Assembly (NCBI GenBank): GCA_964478425.1
Contig: CAYZIB010000003.1
Coordinates: forward strand, 13,663-77,662
DNA length: 64,000 bases
Source of the DNA: an uncultured Anaeroplasmatales bacterium
GTDB lineage: Bacteria; Bacillota_I; Bacilli_A; Acholeplasmatales; WRBM01
Direction of reading: 5' to 3'
Shown: one piece after another, positions 28,190 to 36,603 of the stretch
How positions within the stretch are numbered: the first letter of the stretch is position 1
How the letters are laid out: each line of letters starts with the position of its first letter
Notes under the pieces: model-generated
Database searches by the model: none
What the model was told of the DNA's origin: nothing
The model's input: the letters and a program-made list of their open reading frames with translations, nothing else
Made by a program: the position numbers and the translations under genes

Positions 28190-29593
28190 ATGCGTAAATT
28201 TGATACAGAAGTTCAATATCTTAAATATCGCGTTTTAAAATCTGTTTCTAAAATGGCATTTGATAATACATTAGTAAAAGGATTATCAGATATTCCAAAA
28301 GAAATTATACCTGGGCCAAAACCTAGTACAAGATGTTGCATATATAAAGAACGAGCAATAGTTAATGAAAGAGTTAAATTAGCATTGGGAGGGAATAAAA
28401 ATAATCCTAATGTTATTGAAGTAATAGATATTGCTTGTGATGAATGCCCTGTTGCAGGATATAAAGTAAGTGATTCCTGCAGAGGGTGTATTGCTCATAG
28501 ATGTGAAACTGTATGTAAGGTAGGAGCGATCTATTTTGATAAAAATCAAAAAGCTCATATTGATAAAGATAAATGTATAGAATGTGGAGCATGTTCAAAA
28601 GTATGTCCATATTCAGCAATTACTAATAGTAAAAGACCATGTGAAAATGCATGTAAAGTAGGAGCAATTAGTATGGATGCTAATAGGACAGCTTCTATTA
28701 ATAATGATAAATGTATAGAATGTGGAGCATGTGTTTATCAATGTCCATTTGGGGCTATAATGGATAAATCATTTATATTAGATGTTATTGAAATGTTAAA
28801 AACAGAAGAAGTATGTGCAATAATTGCTCCTTCTATTGCTGCTCAATTTACTCAAGTAACATTTAAACAAGTTATTACAGGAATAAAACAATTAGGGTTT
28901 AAGCATGTTTATGAGGCTGCGTTAGGCGCTGATTTAGTTAGTTATTATGAAGCAAAAGAATTAGTTGAAAAAGGATTTTTAACTACATCATGTTGTCCTG
29001 CGTTTGTTAATTATATTAAAAAATATTATCCTAATTTAGTTCCTAATATATCAAGTAACTTAAGTCCAATGGCAATTATGGGTAAAGTAATAAAAGAACA
29101 AAACCCGAATATTAAAACTGTTTTTATTGGACCTTGTACAGCAAAAAAAGGCGAATTTAGAACTGATAAAGTAAAAAACTATATTGATTCAGTTATAACT
29201 TTTGAAGAATTATATGCATTATTTGGGGCTAAAAATATTGAATTAGAAAGTTTAGAAGAAACAGAAATTAGTGATGCTACAGTATTTGGTAGATCATTTG
29301 CAAGATCTAATGGAGTTATTGAAGCTGTAAAAGAATCTATTAAAGAACAAAATTTAGATTTTGATTTTAAACCAATAAGTTGTGATGGAATTGAAAATTT
29401 AAAAATTGCCTTATTAAAAGCTGGTAAGGGATTATTACCTAATAATTTTATTGAAGGTATGGTATGTAATGGAGGTTGTATTGGTGGACCTTGTGCTGTT
29501 ACTCATGCTTTAAAAGATAGAACTCAGATAGATAAATATGCAAGCGAATCAAAAAAGAATAATATAATTGAGAACATTAAAAATATTAAATAA
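28190..29593 (+). CDS. [FeFe]-hydrogenase family protein (monomeric type, multiple N-terminal Fe-S motifs)
   Basis: H-cluster motifs TSCCPAF, GPCTAKKGE and MVCNGGCIGGPC, plus two CxxCxxCxxxCP ferredoxin motifs and extra Cys clusters. RBS GGGAGG. Confidence 0.8.
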   Translation: MRKFDTEVQYLKYRVLKSVSKMAFDNTLVKGLSDIPKEIIPGPKPSTRCCIYKERAIVNERVKLALGGNKNNPNVIEVIDIACDECPVAGYKVSDSCRGCIAHRCETVCKVGAIYFDKNQKAHIDKDKCIECGACSKVCPYSAITNSKRPCENACKVGAISMDANRTASINNDKCIECGACVYQCPFGAIMDKSFILDVIEMLKTEEVCAIIAPSIAAQFTQVTFKQVITGIKQLGFKHVYEAALGADLVSYYEAKELVEKGFLTTSCCPAFVNYIKKYYPNLVPNISSNLSPMAIMGKVIKEQNPNIKTVFIGPCTAKKGEFRTDKVKNYIDSVITFEELYALFGAKNIELESLEETEISDATVFGRSFARSNGVIEAVKESIKEQNLDFDFKPISCDGIENLKIALLKAGKGLLPNNFIEGMVCNGGCIGGPCAVTHALKDRTQIDKYASESKKNNIIENIKNIK

Positions 29594-29599
29594 AAAAAT

Positions 29600-29636
29600 A
29601 GAAAATGTAGAAAAAAAGTTTTACATTTTCTTTTTA
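29600..29636 (+). terminator. Rho-independent terminator
   Basis: Stem AGAAAATGTA/TACATTTTCT followed by a T-run. Confidence 0.75.
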
Positions 29637-29727
29637 ATTATAATATGTTAAGATAATAACTTGATTTTATCTAGAAAAAAGGTTAAAATAAATAAGAATA
29701 TTTTTATACAAAAAGGAGATTTAAATT

Positions 29728-30285
29728 ATGGCAATAGAAGCTGGAGATTTTAGAACAGGATTAACATTAATAATTGATGGTAAATTATATGTTGTTCTTG
29801 AATTTATGCATGTTAAACCTGGTAAAGGTGCTGCAATTTTAAAAACAAAATTAAAAGATTTAAGAACAGGAACAGTATTAGAAAGAAACTTTAATACAAA
29901 CACTAAATTTGAACAAGCTTTAATCGAAACAAAGGCTTGCCAATATTCATATGAATCTGCAGGAACATATTATTTTATGGATATGGAATCATTTGATACA
30001 TATGAAATACTTGGAGAAGTAATTGGTGATTGTAAATATTATATTTTAGAAGGTATGGATATCAATTTACGCTTTTTTGAAAATGAAGTATTAGATATCG
30101 TATTACCTGATAAAGTAGAATTAGAAGTAACAGAAACTACACCTGCAGTAGCAGGAGCATCTTCTACATCTACTAAAGATGCAGTACTTGAAACTGGATT
30201 AAGAATCAGAGTTCCTCAATTTATTAAAGAAGGAGATAAAGTTGTTATTTCAACTGCTGATGGTTCTTATTGCGGTAGAGCATAA
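29728..30285 (+). CDS. efp: Elongation factor P
   Basis: 185 aa with the conserved KPGKGAA loop (Lys33). RBS AAAGGAG. Confidence 0.95.
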   Translation: MAIEAGDFRTGLTLIIDGKLYVVLEFMHVKPGKGAAILKTKLKDLRTGTVLERNFNTNTKFEQALIETKACQYSYESAGTYYFMDMESFDTYEILGEVIGDCKYYILEGMDINLRFFENEVLDIVLPDKVELEVTETTPAVAGASSTSTKDAVLETGLRIRVPQFIKEGDKVVISTADGSYCGRA

Positions 30286-30290
30286 TAACA

Positions 30291-31034
30291 ATGAATAAGG
30301 TTGTTTTAGTTACTGGTAGTAGCACGGGAATAGGTGCTGGTATTATATATGAACTTGCAAAATCAGGGTATGATTGTGTTATAAATTATAATAATTCTAA
30401 AGAAGAAGCATTTAAACTATTTGAAACAATAAAAAAATTTAATGTTAGATGTTTAGTAATTAAATGTGATGTAAGCAATGAAAAAGAAGTAGAAAATATG
30501 TTTAATTTAATCGAAGATGAATTAGGTGGAGTTGACATATTAGTTAATAATGCAGCCTGTGATATACCTAATATTTTTAACCAAAAAAATGTTTCTGATT
30601 TTAAAAAAACATTAGATATTAACCTTATTGGTCCATTTTTAACAAGTAAAAGAGCAAAAAAATATATGATGGAAAAAAAATGGGGTAGAATTATAAATAT
30701 TTCTTCAACAAATGGAATTAATACATATTATCCGATGGGTTTAGAATATGATGCATCAAAAGCAGGATTAAATTCATTAACTCATAATCTTGCTATAGAA
30801 TTTGCACCATATGTTACTGTAAATGCTGTTTGTCCTGGATTGATCAATACATATAATGAAATAAAAGATTACGATGATGAATTTATGCAAATGGAATTAG
30901 ATAAAATTTTAGTAAGAAGAATTGGAAAAGTTGAAGAAGTAGCAAAATTAGTTAAATTTTTAATTAGTGATGATGCAAGTTATATTAATAATTCGATAAT
31001 AAGAATTGATGGTGGACAATACAATAGTAATTAA
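30291..31034 (+). CDS. Classical SDR oxidoreductase (FabG/YmfI-like)
   Basis: TGSSTGIGAG cofactor motif, NNAA, and the catalytic S...YDASK. It starts 5 nt after efp. Confidence 0.8.
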   Translation: MNKVVLVTGSSTGIGAGIIYELAKSGYDCVINYNNSKEEAFKLFETIKKFNVRCLVIKCDVSNEKEVENMFNLIEDELGGVDILVNNAACDIPNIFNQKNVSDFKKTLDINLIGPFLTSKRAKKYMMEKKWGRIINISSTNGINTYYPMGLEYDASKAGLNSLTHNLAIEFAPYVTVNAVCPGLINTYNEIKDYDDEFMQMELDKILVRRIGKVEEVAKLVKFLISDDASYINNSIIRIDGGQYNSN

Positions 31035-31042
31035 AAAATAAT

Positions 31043-31070
31043 TTGAAATTTTTAAAAAATTTGGTATAAT
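31043..31070 (+). promoter_or_regulatory. Candidate promoter upstream of the MATE leader
   Basis: TTGAAA, a 16-nt spacer, then TGgTATAAT. Confidence 0.55.
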
Positions 31071-31092
31071 AAAAGTATCAATGTGTAACAAA

Positions 31093-31139
31093 AATGTGTA
31101 AATCCAATTGATTTGGATATACACATTTTTTTATTTTTG
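31093..31139 (+). terminator. Strong terminator hairpin inside the MATE 5' leader (candidate attenuator)
   Basis: Composite stem AATGTGTA-A-ATCCAA / TTGGAT-A-TACACATT followed by TTTTTTATTTTT. It ends at the GGAGG RBS. Confidence 0.65.
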
Positions 31140-31148
31140 GAGGTTTAT

Positions 31149-32513
31149 ATGGAAGAAAATATATTAAAAAAAGAAAAAATAAATAAGTTGTTTTTAAATA
31201 TTGGAATACCAATGATTATATCGATGGTACTACAAGCATTATATAATGTTATAGATAGTATTTTTGTTGCTAATATTAAAGATATTGGTCCATTAGCAAA
31301 CGAAGCTTTAACATATGCATTTCCAATTCAAATTTTAATAATTGCAATAGGTGTTGGAACAGGAGTTGGACTTAATACATTATTATCCAAAAATCTTGGA
31401 GAAAATAATAAAAATAAGGTAAATGAAGTAGCGGGTAATGGAATATTCTTAGGAATAGTTATTTATTTGATATTTTTAATTTTTGGAATATTTGGATCTG
31501 GTAAATTTATTAAGTTATTTTCAAATGATAATCAAATTATATCTATGGGTAAAAATTATTTAATGATTTGTACTGTATTTTCATTTGGACAAATTGGATT
31601 TACAATTTATGAAAGATTATTACAAGCAACAGGTAAAGCAAAATATTCTACTATAGCTCAGATAAGTGGAGCAGTTATTAATATAGTTTTCGATTATGTT
31701 TTTATTTTTATATTTAATCTAGATGTAATTGGTGCTGCGATTGCGACTGTTTTAGGTCAAATTGTTTCGTTAATAATTTCAATTTATTTTCATTATCATA
31801 AAAATAAAGAAATTGATGGGAATGTTAAATATATTAAATTTAATAAAAATATATTTAAAGAAATATATAAAATAGGATTTACAGCAATGATTATGCAAGG
31901 TTTATTAGCTTTGATGATGGCTATAATTAATAAAATATTAGGATTATCAAATGTTAGTTCTAATTTACTTGTTGGTTCGTTTGGAATATATTATAAAATT
32001 CAACAGATTGCATTATTTTCTTGCTTTGGATTATCTAATACAATGATTACTATTTTGTCTTTTAATTATGGTTTAAAAGATAAAAAAAGAATTAATGAAT
32101 CAATTAAATATGGAATTTTATATACTTTTATTGTTACTATTATAATTACAGTTTTATTTTTTATTATAGCTAAACCATTATCTTTATTATTTTCTATTGG
32201 AAGTAATAATGAAGAAGAACTAATTATTGTTTGTAAAAAAGCAACTAGAATTGGCTCTTTAGGATTTTGTTTTATGGGATATACTATTATTATTCAAGGA
32301 ATATTTCAGGCTTTAAAATGCTCTATTAAACCTTTAATAACAGCATTGTTAAGATTAATTATATTTGTTATTCCAATTGCATATTATTTTGTTTTAAAAG
32401 AAAATGTTTTAGATATTTTTTGGTATACATTTCCTATTTCTGAATTTTTAACGGCAATTATATCTTATTTTATGTTAAAATATGAAATAAATAAAAAAAT
32501 CAATATATTATAA
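31149..32513 (+). CDS. MATE family efflux transporter
   Basis: 12-TM protein with a MATE-like N-terminus (IPMIISMVLQALYNVIDSIFV). The start is set at the ATG behind GGAGG. Confidence 0.85.
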   Translation: MEENILKKEKINKLFLNIGIPMIISMVLQALYNVIDSIFVANIKDIGPLANEALTYAFPIQILIIAIGVGTGVGLNTLLSKNLGENNKNKVNEVAGNGIFLGIVIYLIFLIFGIFGSGKFIKLFSNDNQIISMGKNYLMICTVFSFGQIGFTIYERLLQATGKAKYSTIAQISGAVINIVFDYVFIFIFNLDVIGAAIATVLGQIVSLIISIYFHYHKNKEIDGNVKYIKFNKNIFKEIYKIGFTAMIMQGLLALMMAIINKILGLSNVSSNLLVGSFGIYYKIQQIALFSCFGLSNTMITILSFNYGLKDKKRINESIKYGILYTFIVTIIITVLFFIIAKPLSLLFSIGSNNEEELIIVCKKATRIGSLGFCFMGYTIIIQGIFQALKCSIKPLITALLRLIIFVIPIAYYFVLKENVLDIFWYTFPISEFLTAIISYFMLKYEINKKINIL

Positions 32514-32517
32514 AAAA

Positions 32518-32550
32518 AGCTTCAATTATCTAAAAAGATAAATTGAAGCT
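32518..32550. terminator. Bidirectional terminator (MATE / rnj)
   Basis: Stem AGCTTCAATT/AATTGAAGCT flanked by A- and T-runs. Confidence 0.8.
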
Positions 32551-32553
32551 TTT

Positions 32554-34224
32554 TTAATCTAGTTTCATAATTATTGGAATTATGATTGGTTTTCTTTCTG
32601 TAGCATCAAAAATTATTTTTCCTATAAAATCAATTAAATTATTTTTTAAATTATTAATATTAATTGTTTTATATTTTTTTAATTGATTTAATAAATATTC
32701 TTTAGATTGTTTTAATATGTTTTGAGTTAAATATTCACTATTTTTTAAATAAATAAATCCTTTAGAAATAAATGTTGGTTCATTAATTAATTGCTTTGTT
32801 TTTCCGTCAATTACAAAACAAATAGAAAATAATCCATCTTCTTGAAGCATTTTTCTTTCTTTTAAAACAGCATTTTCTAATCCACTAAAATCTAATCCAT
32901 CAATATAAATATTACTAGTTGGAACTTTACCTTTAATATAGCATTTATTATTTGTAATATTTAAAACATCTCCGTTATTCATCACAAATGTATTTTCTTT
33001 TTTAATTCCACATTTCATAGCAGTATTAGCATGCATTTTAAGCATTCTATATTCACCATGTATTGGCATAAAATATTCAGGTCTTAAAAGATTAAATAGC
33101 ATCTTTTGATCTCCAATAGAAGCATGACCTGTTGTATGAGTATCGGTTAAATTAGAATTAACTATAACGCTTGCTCCTCTTTTATATAGTTGGTTAATAG
33201 TGTTATTAACATAACCTGCGTTTCCAGGTATAGGATTAGAAGAAAAAATTATTGTATCATTAGGTTGAATTTTAATTTGTCTATGGGAACCATTTGCAAT
33301 TCTGCTTAAAGCTGCCATTGCTTCGCCTTGAGAACCTGTACAAAGCAATGTTAATTCGTTATCTTTATATTTATTAATTTGACTTGGTTCAATAAAGACA
33401 TTTTTTTTATTAGGAATATATCCTAAATTAAGACCAACTTCTAATGTTTTTGTCATACTTCTTCCAAAAACTGCAACTTTACGATTATTTTCAATTGAAG
33501 CTTCAACAATTTGTTGAATACGGTATACATTTGAAGCAAAAGTAGCAATTATTACTCTACCTTCTAAAATACCAAATAATTGTTTAATATTTTCAGTTAC
33601 TTTTCTTTCGCTACTTGTAAATCCATCATGTTCTGAATTAGTACTATCGGCTAAAAGTAATTTAACTCCCTCTTTTCCTAAGTTAGCTAATTTTTCAAAT
33701 TCAATTCCAGGTCCAACAGGTGTTAAATCAATTTTATAGTCTCCTGAATGTAAAATATTTCCAAATGGTGTTTTAAAACAAATAGCATAAGCATCAGGAA
33801 TAGAATGAGTTACTCTTATAAAGGAAATTGTGATATCTTTAAATTTAAAAACAGAATTATTGTTATAAGGTATGATATTGCATGTGCAATGATGTTCAGC
33901 AATTTTTGAATTAATTAAATCAATTGCAATACCTGAAGCATAAATGTTTTTAATAGAAACTTGTTTTAATAAATAAGGAATTGATCCAATATGATCTTCA
34001 TGTCCGTGAGTAATAAAAAGACCCACAATTTTTTCTTGATTTAAAATTAAATATTCAAAATCAGGAATAACTAAATCTACGCCTAAAAGTTGTTCATCAG
34101 GGAAAATTAATCCGGAATCAATAATAAAAATTTGATTATTATATTCTAACACATAACAATTTTTTCCGACTTCACATAATCCGCCTAAGGCAAATAGTTT
34201 TAATTCTTTACTTGCTTTTTCCAT
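32554..34224 (-). CDS. rnjA: Ribonuclease J
   Basis: Metallo-beta-lactamase HGHEDHIG, beta-CASP and C-terminal domain. 556 aa. Confidence 0.9.
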   Translation of the reverse strand: MEKASKELKLFALGGLCEVGKNCYVLEYNNQIFIIDSGLIFPDEQLLGVDLVIPDFEYLILNQEKIVGLFITHGHEDHIGSIPYLLKQVSIKNIYASGIAIDLINSKIAEHHCTCNIIPYNNNSVFKFKDITISFIRVTHSIPDAYAICFKTPFGNILHSGDYKIDLTPVGPGIEFEKLANLGKEGVKLLLADSTNSEHDGFTSSERKVTENIKQLFGILEGRVIIATFASNVYRIQQIVEASIENNRKVAVFGRSMTKTLEVGLNLGYIPNKKNVFIEPSQINKYKDNELTLLCTGSQGEAMAALSRIANGSHRQIKIQPNDTIIFSSNPIPGNAGYVNNTINQLYKRGASVIVNSNLTDTHTTGHASIGDQKMLFNLLRPEYFMPIHGEYRMLKMHANTAMKCGIKKENTFVMNNGDVLNITNNKCYIKGKVPTSNIYIDGLDFSGLENAVLKERKMLQEDGLFSICFVIDGKTKQLINEPTFISKGFIYLKNSEYLTQNILKQSKEYLLNQLKKYKTININNLKNNLIDFIGKIIFDATERKPIIIPIIMKLD

Positions 34225-34424
34225 TTTTTTTCTCCTTTCTTTTTTTAACTTAAATTATTATACAATAATAAACTTATAATTAAAAGTTTTTTTAAAAAAA
34301 ATTATTGTAATTAATTTAAATTTTTTAAAAAAATGATGATTTTAATAAGTTAGTTTTAGTATATGTCAAATATAAAAAAATATTGTATATTTATATAAAT
34401 ATATCAAATTAACATTAAGAAGTA

Positions 34425-34452
34425 TTGCTAAAAAAAAAATATATGATATAAT
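34425..34452 (+). promoter_or_regulatory. Promoter of the rimP-nusA-infB operon
   Basis: TTGCTA, a 16-nt spacer, then TGaTATAAT. It ends only 12 nt before the annotated rimP ATG. Confidence 0.6.
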
Positions 34453-34464
34453 TAAATTAGTAAT

Positions 34465-34947
34465 ATGAGTGAGTTATTGAATTCACTCGTTTTTATTAAA
34501 GGATGTGATATTATTAAAGATTTGGAAAAAATAATAATAGAATATTTAAAACAGCAAAAACTAAAATTAGTAAGCATGAAATTTATTACTGAATTTGGTA
34601 ATAAAATTTTACAAATACTAATTGATAAAGAAGATGAAACATTTGTTAATACTGATGAATTAACACAAGTTAATAATTATATTAGTAGTTATTTAGACGA
34701 ACATGATTTATTTGATTTTAATTATTTATTAGAAGTTTCATCATGTGGTGCAGAAAAGGAAATTCATTTAGAAAATTTAAAACATCATATAGGATCATAT
34801 GTAACAATTAATGATAATATTGTTGGAACAATTTTAGAAGTAGATGATCTAAATTTAATTTTAAAACAAAATTTAAAAGGAAGAATAAAAAAGATAAATA
34901 TTCCTTTAAATGAAATAAAAAAAACAAAATTAACAATAAAATTTTAG
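34465..34947 (+). CDS. rimP: Ribosome maturation factor RimP (start codon uncertain)
   Basis: LEVSSCGAEKE block and the position upstream of nusA. There is no SD sequence before the ATG. Confidence 0.75.
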   Translation: MSELLNSLVFIKGCDIIKDLEKIIIEYLKQQKLKLVSMKFITEFGNKILQILIDKEDETFVNTDELTQVNNYISSYLDEHDLFDFNYLLEVSSCGAEKEIHLENLKHHIGSYVTINDNIVGTILEVDDLNLILKQNLKGRIKKINIPLNEIKKTKLTIKF

Positions 34948-34958
34948 CGAGGTAAATT

Positions 34959-36035
34959 ATGGTTAGTAAAGAGTTTTTTAAACAATTAGAAATTGTGGCA
35001 GAAGAAAAAGGAATTAGTGTTGATGATTTAATTGAAGCATTTAAAAAAAGTTTAATGAATGCTTTTAAAAGAACATATGGGCATCAATCAGCAAGAATTA
35101 AAATTAAACCTGAAAAACATGAAATAATGATTTATTCAAGATATTTAGTAGTTTCAGAAAAAAAAGAAGATCCTGAAAATGAAATAGAACAAATGTTATT
35201 ACAAGATGCTAAAAAAATTTCAAGCAAATATAAAGTTGGAGATGTTATTGAAATTCCAGTAAATCCAAAAGAATTTGGAAGATTTGCAGCATCTATTGCA
35301 AAACAAGTATTTAATCAATCAGTTAAAACTATTGAAAAAGAAAATGCATATCAATATTTTAAAGGTTTTGAACATGAAATGATGAATGCTTTAATTGTTC
35401 AAAAAAATGAAAATAATTTTATTCTTGATTTAGGACAAGAAATAACAACTGTTTTACCAGATAAACAATTAATGCCTACAGATAAAGAAAATTATAATGA
35501 AGGCGATAAAATAAATGTTTATATAACAAATGTTGAACAAACAACAAAAGGTCCAAGAATTTTTGTTTCAAGAACTGATAGTAGACTTGTTGTTAGATTA
35601 TTTGAATCAAATGTTCCTGAAATTAAAGAAGGAATAATTGAAATAATGGGAATAGCAAGAGAACCTGGTGAAAAAACAAAAATAGGTGTTTATTCAAATG
35701 ATAGTAATGTTGAACCTATTGGAGCATGTGTTGGAGAAAAAGGATCAAGAATTAAAAATGTTGTTGCTGCATTAAGTGGTGAAAAAATTGAAATGTTTAA
35801 ATATGATAATGATCCAGAAACATTAATTAAAAATGCATTATATCCTGCAAAAGTAAAATCTGTTTGTGATATAAATCTTAAAAAGAAAACAGCATTAGTA
35901 ATTGTTGAAGATGAATCATATAATCTAGCAATAGGATATAAAGGTATAAATAAACGCCTTGTTTGTGGAGCTACTAATTGGCATATTGAAATTAGAAGTG
36001 TAATGCAAATGAATGAAGAAGGAATTGAATTTTAA
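34959..36035 (+). CDS. nusA: Transcription termination/antitermination factor NusA
   Basis: N-terminal domain, S1 domain and two KH domains. RBS GCGAGG. Confidence 0.95.
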   Translation: MVSKEFFKQLEIVAEEKGISVDDLIEAFKKSLMNAFKRTYGHQSARIKIKPEKHEIMIYSRYLVVSEKKEDPENEIEQMLLQDAKKISSKYKVGDVIEIPVNPKEFGRFAASIAKQVFNQSVKTIEKENAYQYFKGFEHEMMNALIVQKNENNFILDLGQEITTVLPDKQLMPTDKENYNEGDKINVYITNVEQTTKGPRIFVSRTDSRLVVRLFESNVPEIKEGIIEIMGIAREPGEKTKIGVYSNDSNVEPIGACVGEKGSRIKNVVAALSGEKIEMFKYDNDPETLIKNALYPAKVKSVCDINLKKKTALVIVEDESYNLAIGYKGINKRLVCGATNWHIEIRSVMQMNEEGIEF

Positions 36036-36292
36036 TGAAAAAGATTCCTCTTAGAACATGTTGTGTAACAAAAAAACAATTTCCTAAAAAAGAATTAGTA
36101 AGAATAGTTAAAAATAAAGAAAATGAAGTTTTTGTTGATTTAACTGGAAAAGCTAATGGCAGAGGTGCTTATTTAAATTTAAGTTTATCTGTAATTGAAA
36201 AAGCAAAAAAAACTAATTGTTTAGGAGTTAAATTAGAAACTACTATTCCTGATAGTATTTATGATGAATTAAAGGAATTATTAAATGAATGA
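36035..36292 (+). CDS. rnpM: YlxR/RnpM family RNA-binding protein (DUF448)
   Basis: PLRTCCVTKK...GRGAYL signature, in the conserved position after nusA. Confidence 0.8.
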   Translation: MKKIPLRTCCVTKKQFPKKELVRIVKNKENEVFVDLTGKANGRGAYLNLSLSVIEKAKKTNCLGVKLETTIPDSIYDELKELLNE

Positions 36293-36581
36293 TAAATTTT
36301 TTAGTTTTATAGGACTAATGTTTAAAGCAAATAGAGTTATTGTAGGGGCAGATAAAGTTTTAGATGGAATTAAAAATAAAAAAGTTTTTCTTGTAATTTT
36401 AACTGATAATACATTGACGAATACTAAAAAAATGATTTTAGATAAAACAAAATATTATAATATTCCAATTATTATAGATGTTTGTGCTTTAAAGTTAAAT
36501 CATTTTATTGGTAAAGATAATGTTAAAGTTATTGGAATAACAGATACAAATGTGGCAAATAAAATTTTAAACATGCAATAA
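36285..36581 (+). CDS. ylxQ: L7Ae-family RNA-binding protein (YlxQ-like)
   Basis: About 98 aa, in the conserved position between ylxR and infB. Confidence 0.65.
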   Translation: MNDKFFSFIGLMFKANRVIVGADKVLDGIKNKKVFLVILTDNTLTNTKKMILDKTKYYNIPIIIDVCALKLNHFIGKDNVKVIGITDTNVANKILNMQ

Positions 36582-36603
36582 TTCAAAAGAAAGAGGTGAT
36601 TTT

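Noticed and set aside
31113-31148. Longer MATE ORF starting at TTG 31113 (MDIHIFLFLEVY...).
   Set aside because: This start lies inside the terminator hairpin and T-run and has no RBS. The ATG at 31149 sits 6 nt behind GGAGG.
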